A DNA stretch of 64,000 bases. Source: Azolla caroliniana (taxonomy: Eukaryota > Plantae > Polypodiophyta). This document shows positions 14,101 to 27,900 of this stretch, piece after piece; position 1 is the first letter of the stretch; the number at the start of each line of letters is the position of its first letter. A program made the translations under genes and the position numbers. The DNA lies in the NCBI GenBank assembly GCA_043228905.1, contig JBHGNT010000006.1, positions 22,382,001 through 22,446,000 of the forward strand, given 5' to 3'. The notes under the pieces were generated by a model that worked only from the letters and a program-made list of their open reading frames with translations, made no database searches and was not told the origin of the DNA.

Positions 14101-17100
14101 GATGCATGGATGCATGCCAACGCTCATCACCCTAAAAGCATTCTAGCTCAAAACGCATACACTTTCGTCAATAAGTTTATGAGTTCACCTAATTCCTTAA
14201 GAAACTTCCCTGGACTCCCCAATGTCGAAACAAGCAATGTGGAGCTTGCTTCAGTATTCTAATAATGCACAACATGCCAAAGGCAACCTCTCACATGCAC
14301 TGGATTTGGTTGAGAGCTTGCTTGGTAGGCTTCCAAATGAAACTCCCTTATCCATAGTAGGAGGATTGCCTCCAACGTTAAACATCAAGGATGACAAGAG
14401 CAATCAATTGTTTCAAAACAAAAGGACATAGTAAGAGTTTTTAAGTTGGTAAGTTGGGATAATTTTTGGAGGACCTCTTTTTCAGCACATGGGAGGTTGG
14501 GGGGGAGGGGGAGAGAAAAAATAAAAACCAAAGTGATTCAAAAGGTAAAAAAGTAAACTTATTATTATTATTTTGCTTCTTTTGAATGGAAAACTTAGCA
14601 ATAAATGTGCAGAAATTCTACTCTACAAGTTAATGAAGAGGTTATCTACGCTATATACACATACATACATTTCCTTTCAATCCAAATGCATTCATTTTAT
14701 TCATGTGGTTTCTCTCACTTGATAAACCTAAACCTTTGACTTGCATTTTACCCATGGCCTAAGTGATTTTGGATCTAACACGGACGACATCCAGACGACA
14801 TCCAAATGACAAAATGAATACTGATGAAGACATAGAAATTGCAAAATGGAGAATAAAACATATTAAGGATCAAGTTCTGGGAGATTTATGCTTGGGATAT
14901 GCCTTAGGCCATAATTATAATTTGGGCAAGGCCATAAATGTAATTTGGGGATAAATCTTCACAGATAAGATAAGGCGTGCCTAAAAGAGAAATGGAGATA
15001 GGCACGAAGAAAAAGCAGCACCAATAGTGGAAGGCGTTTTTTTAACTCTGGTTGCGTTATTTTTGGAGAACAACAGGCCTATAAAAGAGAGGGCTGTGTT
15101 CTACAATGAAAGAGGAAGAAAATGAAAAATCACATGCTTTTCTAGGAGGTTGATGTGGCTGCACCGTGGTGATAAAGTAGAGGTGCAGGTTTCTGTTGCC
15201 GTCATTGTATGACATCAAGCAATATTGGTTGAGAAGATTCTGATCAGCACCATGTTCTCCATCTTAATATAGTTCCAACAAGTATTTGCATGTAAAAAAC
15301 CAAACTCTACAGAGGGAGAACAGAGTCAGTGAACTTCGGTGTTAGAATCAGTTGATGTCAATGTTTAACCTGTTTCTTTCCTATCAGAGGCTAGGGGAGT
15401 CCAAATTGGTTGTCATTTGTTTCTGTGTATTCCTCTTATAAAACTCAATCTTTTCATCTTGGTGAAGGCTAGAACTTGAGACCTCTTGCCACATCATTCT
15501 GAATGATTTCACTTGTAAGAAGTCATGGACTAACACTATTTTTTGCACTCTCACAATATGCTGAAACATCACAATGGTTTGAATCATATGGCATAAGCCT
15601 AAATGCACTACTCCTACTCCAATATAGCTTGGATTGTTCCCATCTAAACATGACCACAGCAAAAAAGAATAGTGATTGAGCAAATAATTAGCAAGTTGGA
15701 TAATAGAACATAGATGAACCCCATAACATCTCTTCATAGAAAGATGGCCAACTATAAGGCATTGTTTTCACACATTGGAGAATGGATTCATCATCAGGCC
15801 CTCTTATATGGACATACATCTATCCCATGTGTTACACAGTGTGCCAATGCAGCTGCAGACCTCTTACATCAGTTAGAGATTGAGGTAGGCAAATATGTGC
15901 ACACCCCACTAAAAGAAAGAATTTACCAATTGTGTTATCATTGAAGTGGGATCTGAAGAACACTTTGTTCATCATTGTAGCATTTTTTATGGAATAAGAG
16001 GGTGATAACATGTCCCCTTTAACCAAGGCCTTGACCCACTATGCAAGATAATGGAATATGAGGACCAACAATGCTTGGTGTTGTTCTTGCTAAAACTCAA
16101 GAGACATAGGGAGAAGATATTCGAGGACTATAATACAACCACACAACTTCATCAACAAAGAACAATCACAAATTTCTTTAGTCCCATCAATCCTGCTCAT
16201 GCTAAAAGTCAATCAAGGGCTGCACAAGTGGGCTCCCCAAAGGAACATTGCAAAGGGGTAGCAATTTATCATGCACATAGGGCTGGGCCTCATGGACAAT
16301 GATCTTGCCAACCTTGTCAGCGATAAACAAAGGCCATTACCTCCAGCTATTTTAGATGCTTCCCTTGCTTTCAAGATTTCTCCATTCTGGATCAACCTAT
16401 GCTAAAGATCTTTGGAAGCCAAATTACAATCTATCTGGCTTGAGAATCTTACATGTACACCACAGGATTCTTTCGTAGCTTTTATTTTTATTTACTTTAT
16501 TTACTTTATTTACTTTACTTACTTAGTTACATTTATTTGGTTTGATGTTTTCAAAGACAAGAAATTTTTTATGATATAATCTCTTCTTTGGTCTTTCAGA
16601 CCATTTTGGCCTCTGAAAAGACATTAATCTCTCTCTCTCTCTTTTGGTAATCTCTCTCTCCCACCCCCCCCCCCTTTGCCATCTTTACTTGATTGCTTGC
16701 AGATCCTCACTTGTAAACTTATCAAAAATCTATTCAATTTCCGATTATCTTTTATTTTATGATAGAAAAACAAACATTTTCAAATAAGAGAAGTAGAATG
16801 GATTGGAGATACTTACTTGTGACCAAATCATGGTCATCCTCATTATTATAGACAAGGGCAGCTGCATAACCTGCATTTTGGGCATTCTCGACCTTTGACA
16901 CAAAATTGCAATCACCTCGTTCTATTAAAAGAAAGGTTGGAAAGGTAGAATCAAGTGCTTGAAGAGGTATACAAGCATTTGATGGATTTGCTGCAGACAA
17001 TATTCCTACAATACCAGCTCCAGCAACTCTCCGAGCTGAAATCAATATATATACATAAATGCAACTGTTAATGATGTAATTTACAAGTTATATGTCACAA

Positions 17101-20100
17101 AAAATGAAAGAAACTTCCCAAGCAACTTCTACCCAAACATTCTACAAATAATGTGAATCAAAAGCTGATGAAAACATATCCAAATGTGACTCATCATTAG
17201 TTTCACTTTCAGATTAGATGCACCTAATAAAATTCATTTCTAATTTGATTGGTAAGAAATTCCTTTACAATGATGGTCCTCATTAAAATCCAAAATGAGA
17301 GAGCACTAGAAAAAAAGGCTAAGAAGCACATTTTGCACATGCGATACAATGGCCTAGTGGAGATTTTTTAATGGGATGTAGTTCCCAATGTTTATCCTAC
17401 ATTTATGGTGATTTATGTCTTCGATCTTCAACTACATTTCTCGTATAATGTGGATGTGACAACGCTCTTCCTTGGCCTCATGTTCGGATAGTTTATTCAT
17501 CACATCGAGCACAAGATCCATAATATTGACTAAACACTCTTAAAATTGTGACATGAATTGGGAGGGTAGATCGCTTTTTGCCATTTGTCATGGGATCTTG
17601 AGAGTGAATGCCACCATCCAATGCACGTCAAGGTGCTCTATTTTCTTCCTTTCACCTCTATTATGTGGGTTGGATACATATTTTGATTACTTAACAAGGT
17701 ATTTTACCTATGCAAATAAAGTATTTGCTACCTGCCAAACCTAATTTCGTTTTTCTGGGTCATTTACATCAGGTCTCTCCACGTCTGTTTCGAAGCGATT
17801 TACTGAGTGGCAGACTGCACATGCAAGACCCTAGAGTAGGAAAGGATCCCATTTGTGGTTAATGTGTTGGGCATGTACAGAAGTCATAAGTTCGCTGTTT
17901 GTGCCTTTGCTCGCAGCTCATGCAATCGGTCTGGCATGCAATGACTCTTTTATTATGCCACATTGGACTATACACATGTGGCTTATCTTGGGACTAACAC
18001 ATGTGGCTTATCTTGGGACTATACACATGTGGCTTATCTTGGGACTATACACATGTGGCTTATCTTGGGACTATACACATCTTGGGGGCTATTTATTTGG
18101 TTGCAACACAAGCTTGGCATTCATTAAGTCTGTGAGGGGCTTTTCCAGAATCCCGTATTTATGCGCAGGTTTTTGGGTATCCAACATGTTCAGATGTCAA
18201 GATCAACCACATACCTTGTGTGTGAACACACTCCTTGGGTCACATATGTGCTAAATCCACTATTGTAATAAATGAATGAGATACATCTTGTATTGAATGA
18301 AGTGGATGCTTTGGATATCCCACTCACTCTCCCATCATCATAGATTGGTTCAAACTATCTCCCATCATGATAGATTGGTTCAGACTATCTCCCATCATCT
18401 ACACTATCCCCAAAATCATTTCAAGACATCCATTAGGATCACGATCATCATGCTTTAGGAAAGCTAACACTTTTATTTCTAATTCAATATGGAAAATATG
18501 AATTCACCCACATAGGCTAATCTGTCTTAGGTCAATGTTGGCCTAATAGATGTTAATATATCTTTCTTTCTTCCTCTCCTCAACACACATATACACACAA
18601 CTCACACATATCTTAATCTATTCCGTTGCATAGAACTATATTCTCCAGTTCCTTGCACAATATGCATGCTAGACATGATTCCACGTGAATACTTTGGAGA
18701 GCATCACAGGGACACAATCTTTGTCACATTAGGTGCATCTTGAGGAGTCAATGCTCCCACGTATACAGGGATGAGCATCAAATTACACCCCACACTTGGA
18801 CCATTATTTGGCCTGACCATTATTTGGCCTAAGATGATTGATACATTGAAGACTAAACGGCAATGTTTGAAAAAAATTCGTTTATGATGTATTTTCCAAG
18901 AGCACTTTTGAAAAAACATCGATTGTGAAAAATAATCAGTGGTTCACGTATCCTTCAATTCCGTGGTCTAAAGGTTTATCACTTCTCAAGAAAAATCCTT
19001 AAGTTGAAAAATGTGTTAAGTTTATTATCGCTTTACTTACTAACTATGAAATATTCCTAAATAGAAAGTATGTGTTGTAAATTCAGAATATAATGATAGC
19101 ATTAGTTTATACGTATTTTGTATTATCTAAATAGTAAATTATAGTATAGTGAATTTACATGTATTTTGTAGTGATTGTCAATATAGAGAGCAAGAAAGAA
19201 ATTCTTATTACCTTGGTGTGTCACAAGCAAAATCTACTTGACCTTTTTCATTCTGATGTATAGAACATGTCTGCCAAGTCTATGTATGGGAGGCACTTTT
19301 TACTTTGTTTCCTTTGTTGACGATTGCTCTAGAAAATTTTGATTCCTTGTTGAAAAGTAAAAGTGATGCCTTTCTTGTGTCTCAGAAGTTTCATGCATTT
19401 GTGACTACCCATGCAGGTTAAGAAAAGTGAAATGTCTACATACAGACAATGCTGGGGATTTCACTAGTGCTGAATCTCAGATATTTTGTGATTCTCGTAA
19501 GCCCTGCATAGCCCCTCTTTTAATGGTATCGCTGAACAATAGATAGATAGATCGATAGATATTTTTTAGCGTCCATAGAGAGGCCAATATTGACCTATAG
19601 GACCTAAATACAAAAGTTATCTTAATGTGTGTCTCCTTCCTAAGAAGGGATATTCATCCTTTGAAGCACCAAGTCTCGTTGTGCGAATAGAACTCTGTGT
19701 GAGAAAGTGAGATGCATGTTGTCCACAATTTATCCACCCTAAAGTTTGGTGAGACAACTACAGTTCATGTTTGCAATCAATCTCCTAATCCTACATTAAA
19801 AGATGGAATTCCTGAAGAGGTTTGGTCTTGCAAACCTGCTTCATATGACCACTTACACATCTTTGATAGTGATGCCGAGCTTAAGCACTATTAAAGCATT
19901 CTTTTGTTACTGCTAATAGGCATTTCTTATCATTATTATTTTGATCTACGATTGTTGATTTTCCATCCTTTCACAGGGAGCACAATGGAAAATGACACTT
20001 CATAATGGGGCAGTCCATTGTAAGGAGAGAGAGAGGTTGATTGAGGTATAGAGTACTTGTTAATCCATCCCATAAAATTGTATCTCCCTTCCTCTCTCTC

Positions 20101-22178
20101 TCTCTCATTCTCTCTCTTCATATATTCGTGAGAGTGATTATAAGTAATTGCTTCACTTATTTTACCACGGGCCTACCGAACTGACACGATAACTAAGCTA
20201 GCATTGCAGGTAAATCATTTATATCGGACTAATTAAAATAATTCCTACAGCATTCCCACTGTCATTAGATCACTTGGATATTTTTAACGTTTTCCTATTG
20301 TCCAAGTGGCCAAAGTGCGCACTTGCTAGTTTATATGGCCTCACCTCATTCGTTCAAATGGAAGAGGGTTAAAGTTGACATTATAAATTTTGAAATTTTT
20401 TTATAAAAAGCTTTTAAAGAGTGATATTTGCAAAATCTTTTATGTTAAATCTATGCAAATTTAAGTTGATAATTCTCTTTTTCAAGCTACAGGGTTAAAA
20501 AAATCTAGCATTTTAGCATTTTTCAAATACTGGCCAATGGGATGCATCAACTAGCTCAATCGGGGAGGCTGACTAGATAAGGCCAGCTTTCATCAAAATT
20601 TGGTGGTACCATTGGTCACTCCTTTTGACTTTTGACTTGACACCATTACATGGAAATAATAACCCCATTATGGTTATTTGTATGGTATATTTCAGTGACA
20701 TAGTTGAAGTACTTGGCTATAGGCATTTTATATATTATGATTTATACTTTTCTGAACACGAGCCAATATGGCAATTCTTAAGGATTTGTTGTACAGATAG
20801 CATACACAGCCTGTTTTCTTAAGGTGCCAAAATGACAATTATACCAAATTTCTGTCCCTGGCATCATTATAAAGGAGTAATTGCTAGCTTCACACTGCAT
20901 TACTACCCAATCTGATTTTAATGATTTATCCTATGAAGCTAAGAGAGGAAGGTAGAATGCTCCAACAACTCTCTACGGAGCTCTACATATATAAAATTAT
21001 CATAACACAGCCTATTATGTTGCCTGACATTGATCCATTTCGCTAATGCCATCTTTTTGTTCTTATTGTTCATCGGTGTTGAATGAAATGGTATGATTTG
21101 TGGGGATACATTGAACTTATAACAATTCTGTAGAAATTTTCTATATTTCTGGTATACCTGGCTGGAGTGAGGCCTCCTTTTCTGAACACTATGGCCTTGA
21201 GCCATCATTCGACATTACATCCTATATTATATGGTATACCTAACAACATTCATTTGGACATTTTATTCACATCATCACAAAAACTAATGGCCTCAAGATC
21301 GCATGCCCACCTTTACTTTCTGCATTCTCCATGATAGATGTTCAATACACATACATTGGATCAATAGTAGGTTCATCAAGTGTATGTACATACATGTCTA
21401 CAGATAGAAGATATATGTGTATGTATCAGACTACATGTTCTTCTTATGGCTATGCCCACCCATCTGGAAGCCATAAAAGAATTGTATATAGGTTCATAAA
21501 AGGATTTCAAAAATAGCATAATGCTGACTATATCAATAGTAGGTTCATCAAGTGTATGTACATACATGTCTACAGATAGAAGATATATGTGTATGTATCA
21601 GACTACATGTTCTTCTTACGGCTATGCCCACCCATCTGGAAGCCATAAAAGAATTGTATATAGGTTCATAAAAGGATTTCAAAAATAGCATAATGCTGAC
21701 TATATCATTCTGAGGAATTCTTCTAGACCTTCATTTGGAAATTCAATTTCCAGATCAAATACTATGTATACTATATGCATGCGTATGTATGCATACATGC
21801 ACTTTTATCTTGTGTTTCCCATATCCTCCATAACAAAACGCACACATTATCCACATGATAGAAACCAAACCAACAAATAACAAAAGATGATTTGACGACA
21901 ATACAGAGCAAAAGAAGAAATAAGAAAGATAGGAAGAAACACTTACAAAAGCTCGCTTCCACATCAGGGAAGGCTATGGAGTCACCAGATGGAGTGATAA
22001 GGAGAAGGGTGTCACTGACTCTTCCTAGAAGAAGAGTAAAAATGACGACGATGAGACCTACCATACTCAGCATCACTTCTCTCCGCCTCAGAAGCCATGC
22101 CCATCCTTCCGTGTCTCTCTCTGCCCCGGTCTCTGGCTCTGAGTCTGTCTCCGTATCGTTCTCCTCCATGCTTGGCAT
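11120..22178 (-). CDS. RMR: Receptor homology region-transmembrane-RING-H2 protein (PA domain, TM helix, RING-H2), 351 aa, 4 exons
   Basis: Exons 22178-21947, 17035-16817, 12064-11672 and 11331-11120 have GT-AG boundaries and total 1056 nt in frame. PA motifs: FLLIERGDCNFVSKVENAQNAGYAAALVYNN and IDIPAVFISREAG. TM segment: WSILAISSISLLTVSAVLSTFFLL. RING-H2: CTIC...CNHGFHVSC...W...CPIC. Introns 1 and 2 are ~4.9 and ~4.75 kb. Confidence 0.95.
12395..12994 (+). mobile_element. Probable solo LTR (~600 bp) in RMR intron 2
   Basis: Termini TGTTGAataatgg...cccataaTCAACA with a U5-like ggttttccacgtaaa..ttgtgt tract. The flanks (ttggt / cacct) do not form a TSD, so the boundaries are less certain. Confidence 0.55.
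13100..14050 (+). mobile_element. Degenerate LINE reverse-transcriptase region in RMR intron 2
   Basis: Decayed RT motifs: TIVPIFKS (~13515), FVDFQKFFNTV (~13713), GVKQGCLLSPTLF (~13874) and YVDD (~14003). Many stops and frameshifts. Confidence 0.85.
15470..16641 (+). mobile_element. LINE ORF2 C-terminus and 3' UTR ending in a (CT)n tail; probably the continuation of 13100-14050
   Basis: HQLEIEVGKYVHTPLKERIYQLC...SEEHFVHHC cysteine/histidine motif. The 3' end ...gaaaagacattaat is followed by (CT)n and is homologous to 1-670, 761-925 and 61251-61622. Confidence 0.7.
17965..18080. repeat. 26-bp minisatellite, ~4.5 copies, in RMR intron 1
   Basis: Unit ggactatacacatgtggcttatcttg at 17965, 17991 (1-nt deletion), 18016, 18042 and 18068 (partial). 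Confidence 0.93.
19205..19870 (+). mobile_element. Ty1/copia integrase remnant in RMR intron 1
   Basis: Decayed motifs HSDV, FVDDCSRK, LHTDNAGDF, NGIAE and IPEEVWSCKPASYDHLHIF. Confidence 0.75.
21360..21707. repeat. Recent 172-bp tandem duplication in RMR intron 1
   Basis: tcaatagtaggttcatcaagtg...gctgactata begins at 21361 and again at 21533. I saw one mismatch (ttatggc/ttacggc). Confidence 0.95.
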
Positions 22179-24919
22179 CTTCTTGAAAATCGCCTTCTTT
22201 ATCCTGTTTCTTTCTTTCTTTTCTTCTTCTAATGATCTTCTTCTTCTGATTTTCTTCTGATTTTCTCCTCCTCTGTTTCTTCTGATTTTCTCTGATTTTC
22301 TCCTCCTCTGTTTCTTCTCTCCTTTTTCCTTCGCTGATGAAAAATCAAATGAAATTTAGTCAAAAGCCTTTATTTATTTCCCAGAGATGCCCTCCAGTTT
22401 CCATTATTTCCTAATATATGCCCTTCCCTTCCTTTCAACACGTCTTCATTTACATGTCCATCAATTCCTCGATTCATCGATCCGTCCATCATATGTCCGC
22501 TAATGCAATTCATCGATCGTATTATCCATTATATCATTACTCTGGGTTGAATTATGTAGCCTCATTTCCTTTTGACAATATGTTACACCATAACATGTTT
22601 TCTACAATACTAGAACTCTTTTTTATCTAAGTTTTATTTTACTTTATTTTTATTTATCGATGATTGGGTACACACACCCCATTTTTGTTGTAAACCAATT
22701 GTCTCATGGGCCAATTTTGGACTTAGAAGACGTTAAATAATTCATTCTTTCTCTACGGTGTTTAATAGCTGAAATAATGAAACAATTCACAATTCATCGT
22801 CAATTATATACCCATACATTCAATCGGCTACTTTGAGCAAGTATTGTCGCCTTCTCCTTTTCTTGTGATTAATTCACCGTGGTGGTAAGCTTTAGGATCT
22901 ATGAATGCGACACTGCCTTTGTCTTTCATGTCGCTTTGTTCAACCCTATATTTTTCTTAACTCACTAGATGCCACTATATAATGTACGGGTCGAACATAT
23001 CTAGACAACCTTACCAATTTGAGCTACAGCCTACAACATCTTCTAGGCTTTCTCTACATCTCTCTTTGTTGACCAAGGGCACTCAAGGAACTCACAATTT
23101 GCTTTCACATCCCTTCTTGTCTATTTTTTATGCTATTTTGGGTGATCCACATATCCTTGTCAAAATGCCAACAAGTTTTCTCCACCTTATCATGTGGAAA
23201 TTTTGAAGCATTTGATTCACATGTACGACTTATAATAGTGTGGTGTGCATGTGTTCCTTTGTGCAACCCTTTTAGCACACCCGTTTTAGCATGCATGTAG
23301 CTAAGCCAACCCAAATGGGTACCTTTGTATCGACTATAAATTGAGCAATAAGTAAGAAGCTAAGTAGGCTAGTTTTGATATCCTATGTGCATTTCACATA
23401 ATTGGTGGAGATGACAAGCAAAATTTTAGCCGCTAACACCTCGTTCATGGCGTCCCAAATCCCTCTCATTGCCTTCGAAGGTGATACCCCTATGCAACCT
23501 GAGTTCCCGCAACATCATGAGTGGCCACCCCACTTCCAAATGGAGCAGCTCTTGTGAATCCTCTCCAACACTATGCTTCAAATCAGCTCTTGAAACTGAC
23601 CCCTGGGGTGTTGATGGAAGAGCCAACCCCCCACGTCCAAGCATTTGCCTCTTCCGCTTCGTAATTATGTACCACTCTCACCATCATCAATCACTCCACC
23701 CACACCGTCTTGTTCGACTCTGGTAGTAGGATCTCTTCCATTAGTGTCGCCTTAGTTCACTAGTTAGGCCTCACAACATCCGCCACTCCCTCCCTCCAAT
23801 TCTTTTTTGGCAATCACCAACATCTATATCACTCTCGCACGCAACCTCGTTGCATCGTCACCTTAGGCAAACTCACTTTCTCACACCACTTTTATGTCTT
23901 GCCCCACCAACTCTTCCCCCTCACATTAGGTTGTGATTGGTTCCTCAAGTGTCACACTATAATTGATCTCGTTGCCCACCAAGTTCTTGTCCCACGAGCT
24001 CCCATGATCCCCCTCCTATACGATAGCCCTCTTGTCCCCCACCTCATATATGTCTAGGTGACCCTCAATCCACGGGAGCGATTGATCTCTATCTGCCTAT
24101 AGCTCTCCTATCCCCCACCTCAGGCAAGTCTAGGTGGACCTTAGTCCACAGGAGCGATTGATCTCCATCCGCCAATTGCTAGCTTGTTTTCCATCACTAG
24201 CCCCATCCAACTATTATCTTATGTCCTCAATGTCGTTCCAACTCAACTAGATGTCCAACCTGTGTTTATGTCCCCATACCATCCTTGGGACCAATGGTCT
24301 CACCGAACGCCTCAACAAGACCCTCAAGCGGGAGGTTTCCGCACGAATCAACCCTTTTCGAGCACTCTATGGGCGTGACCCTCGTGTTGAGAAGCAAGCT
24401 CAACAAAGCTATGTGATGCTTATTCAGAAATAAGCTATAGTAGTTATTAGCTAATTAGCTACAAGTGGAAATAAAGGTGAAACAAACTATTTAGTTATGC
24501 ACAGTTATTTAGCTACTGACAGCTAATTAGTTGCATATATAAGTCACTTATAACTTAGGTAAAAAGTAAGTAGTAAAGTGAGTAAGAGTGAGAGTAGAGA
24601 GAAGAACAGAAAAACAGAAAACTGATTAGGGCGAGTTGAGCTCTGCGTGTAATTGAATAGAAGCTTTTGGACTATGCAAAGGTAAGTCTCCTTCCCCTTC
24701 CCCTTTCTTTCTTGAGCACTAAATGATCCAACACATCACAATCTATTGTGCACACAGAAGAGCCATAGCGCCTTCGTAACATGGTATCAGAGCTAAGTTG
24801 CTCATAAAGAAGATTAGAACAATACAGATCTGAGAAAGGTTGTTTCTCTGTTTGCTTATTTGAATCAGAGAGTTGTCTGTGAAGTTAATCATAAAAAAAA
24901 AGCCCTAATTGAAAGAGAG

Positions 24920-27900
24920 ATGGTTGCTGAAAATGCAAGCCAAATAGTCACAGAAAAGCTAGATAAAAACAATTTCCCGGCGTGGAAATTCAGAATGACA
25001 AATTTCCTGATGGGAAAAGGATACTGGGATTACATTGAAGGAGACCTAGAAGAGGCTCCAGAGATCCTTGAAGAAAATGCAATTGTTGCACATATTAAAG
25101 CATTTAAGGAATGGAATCAAGGGGCAAGAAAGGTATTGCATTGGCTCTCACTTAGCATCTCAAATTCGATGCTTGGACACATACAGGATGTTATGCTTCC
25201 AAAAGAAGCTTGGGACAATTTAGTAAAACTGTTTGCAGTGAACACAAAGGCTAGAAAGCTTCAGTTGAAGACTGAGCTAAATACCTTGGAAAAAGGTAAG
25301 ATGTCAGTGAATGAGTATGCTCTGAAAATAAAGAGCATATGTGAATCACTTGCTTCTATCAATGTGAAGGTAGAAGATGATGATAAGGTGGAAATATGCT
25401 TAAGAGGTTTAGGACCTCAATATAAAAGCTTCAGAACATCTATTCTCGCAAGGGATAGTGTCTCAAGTTTTCCAGATCTGGTTTCAATGCTTGTAGTGGA
25501 AGAAAGAAATCAGATGGATGATGTAAACAAAGGAAACTCTGAGACTTAGGGGCAAGCCCTCTACAATAGTGCTGGAAGAGGCTAAGGAAGAGGCCATGGA
25601 AGATTTGGTTTAGCTAGAACCAACAACAATTATCAAGGAAGAGGACAACAGGCTGTAAGTGGAAGAAACAACATCAGAGGCAGGGGGAGCAATTGAGGTA
25701 GAGGTAAGCAAACTTATTTGAATGATGATGGTTGTTAGTATTGTGAAAAACTAGGCCATACACAGGTTGAATGCTATAAAAAGCAAAATGATGAAAAAAG
25801 AGGGAAGAGATAGCAAAATAATTATGCCTCAACTAGTGAAGACTGTGATAAAGATGGTGCATTTGTGGTGCAACATGAAACAACAACAATGGTTGAATGT
25901 TCACAGAGATGTAATGAAGAGTTTATGTGGTATGTAGATTCTAGGGCATCTAATCATATGACATGACATGCAAATTGGTTTGAAAGTCTAAGAGAACCAG
26001 AGATTCCTGGTTATGTACAAACAAGTGATAATACTACTCACCAAATAGAGCATGTTGGAGATATCCCATTGTGGGAAGAAAATGGAAAAACAAAATATAT
26101 GTTGAATGTTATGCATGTACCAAACAAAAAATCTAATTTCTGTTGGACAGACAGTGGAGCAAGGAATGCAAGTTAAGTTTAATCAAAGTGGATGCTTTAT
26201 AGAGAAATATTACGAAAGGAAAACGTCAAGGAAGAATGTTTGTGTTAGATGTGGATATGCCTAAAAAGATTACAACCATGTTTGCAAAAGGAATGAGTGT
26301 GATCTCATATGTGGAAATGTGGCATAAAAGAATCGGTCACATAAGTATGCAAACATTGAAAAATATGTTGAGGAAAAAAGCAGTGGCTGAACTGCCTAAG
26401 TTAAAAGACTGTGAGATGAGCAAAATATGTGAAGCATGTCAATATAGAAAGCAAAACAAGTTGCCTTTCCCTCATGAAAGACATGAAAGCAAAAATTTGT
26501 TTGATTTGGTACATAAAAATGTATGGGGACCAACAAAAAATGCATCAATTAGTGGATGTAAGTTTTATGTAACTTTTATTGATGATTGTTCAAGGAAAAC
26601 ATGGGTTTACTTCATGAAAGAAAAAAGTGAAGTATTTGATTGCTTTCGTAAGTTTAAATGTATGGTGGAAAAGCAAGCTGGAACTAGAATAAAATGCTTA
26701 AGATCTGATGGAGGAGAAGAGTACTTCTCAAATGAATTTTCTGATTTTCTATGCAATCAAGGGATAAGGAGACAATTCACATGTAGATATACTCCACAAC
26801 AAAATGGAGTTGCCAAGAGAAAAAACAGAACTCTGGTGAACATAGCAAGAGCCATGATGACTGAAAAAAATATATCATTGTACTATTGGGCAGAAGCTGT
26901 AAACACGGCAAACTACATTCTAAATAGGTGTATAACCTTTGGAGTACATGAGGTAACTCCTGAAGAATGTTTCTATGGAAGGAAACTTAGCTTAGGACAC
27001 TTGAAAGTGTTTGGATGCCTTATGTTCATGTACCTGTTGAAGTAAGAAGTAAGCTTGATCCAAAAGCTGAAAAATGTGTTCTTGTTGGATATTCAGAGGA
27101 GCAAAAAGGGTATAGATGCTATAACCCTTTGACAAAAAAGATTGTGGTAAGTTGGGATGTAATTTTTGATGAGTTGGGCAGTTGGTACAGCCCAAAACAA
27201 AATGTAGAAACTGATGAAGACAATGAAAATGAAGACAGAGATAAATCTAAAAATGTTAGAGATTGCCATGGAGATGGAAACAATGTTGGACAACAAAGTT
27301 CCACATCAATGGAATGTACTGGACCATCTGAAAGCTCAGGTAGTAAATTTGAATCTAATGCATAGAGTGGAAAAAATGCAAGACACAAAAAATATGATGA
27401 TATAAAGGGAAAATAGAAGATGCTAGAATATGAAATGCTTGATGATGGGTTTAGAAACATGGAAGATGTAGACTCAGATACATCATTGGATGATGAGCTT
27501 GGTATATGGGCCATGAAAATCCCTAGTATGGAAAAAGCAATGAAAGATGCAAATCAGAAACTGAGAAGATCAGATAGAGAGAAAAAGATTGTTGAAAGAT
27601 TTGGCTATGACACATATGTGGCTATGCATTATGCATACATGTCTAAAGTGGTACAAATCCCTGATCCAAACAACTTTGATGAAGCAAAAGCTGAGAAAAA
27701 ATGAGTGAATGCAATGCAAGAAGAAATAGATGCATTGGCTGAAAACATAACATGGGATTTGGTAAAGTTACCGAAAGAAAAAAATGTTGTAGGTTGCAAA
27801 TGGGTCTATAAAACAAAGCATGATTCCAATGGGAATGTAATTAGACATAAAGCAAGACTTGTGGCAAAGGGATATGCCCAGATGCAAGAAATTGACTATG

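Noticed and set aside
14822-15460. Possible second solo LTR splitting the LINE in RMR intron 2
   Set aside because: It has LTR-like composition and a TATA-like site, but no clean CA end or TSD was found.
17965-18080. Regularly spaced 26-bp repeats resembling a CRISPR array
   Set aside because: The units are contiguous with no unique spacers, there are no cas genes, and the context is a eukaryotic intron. It is a minisatellite.
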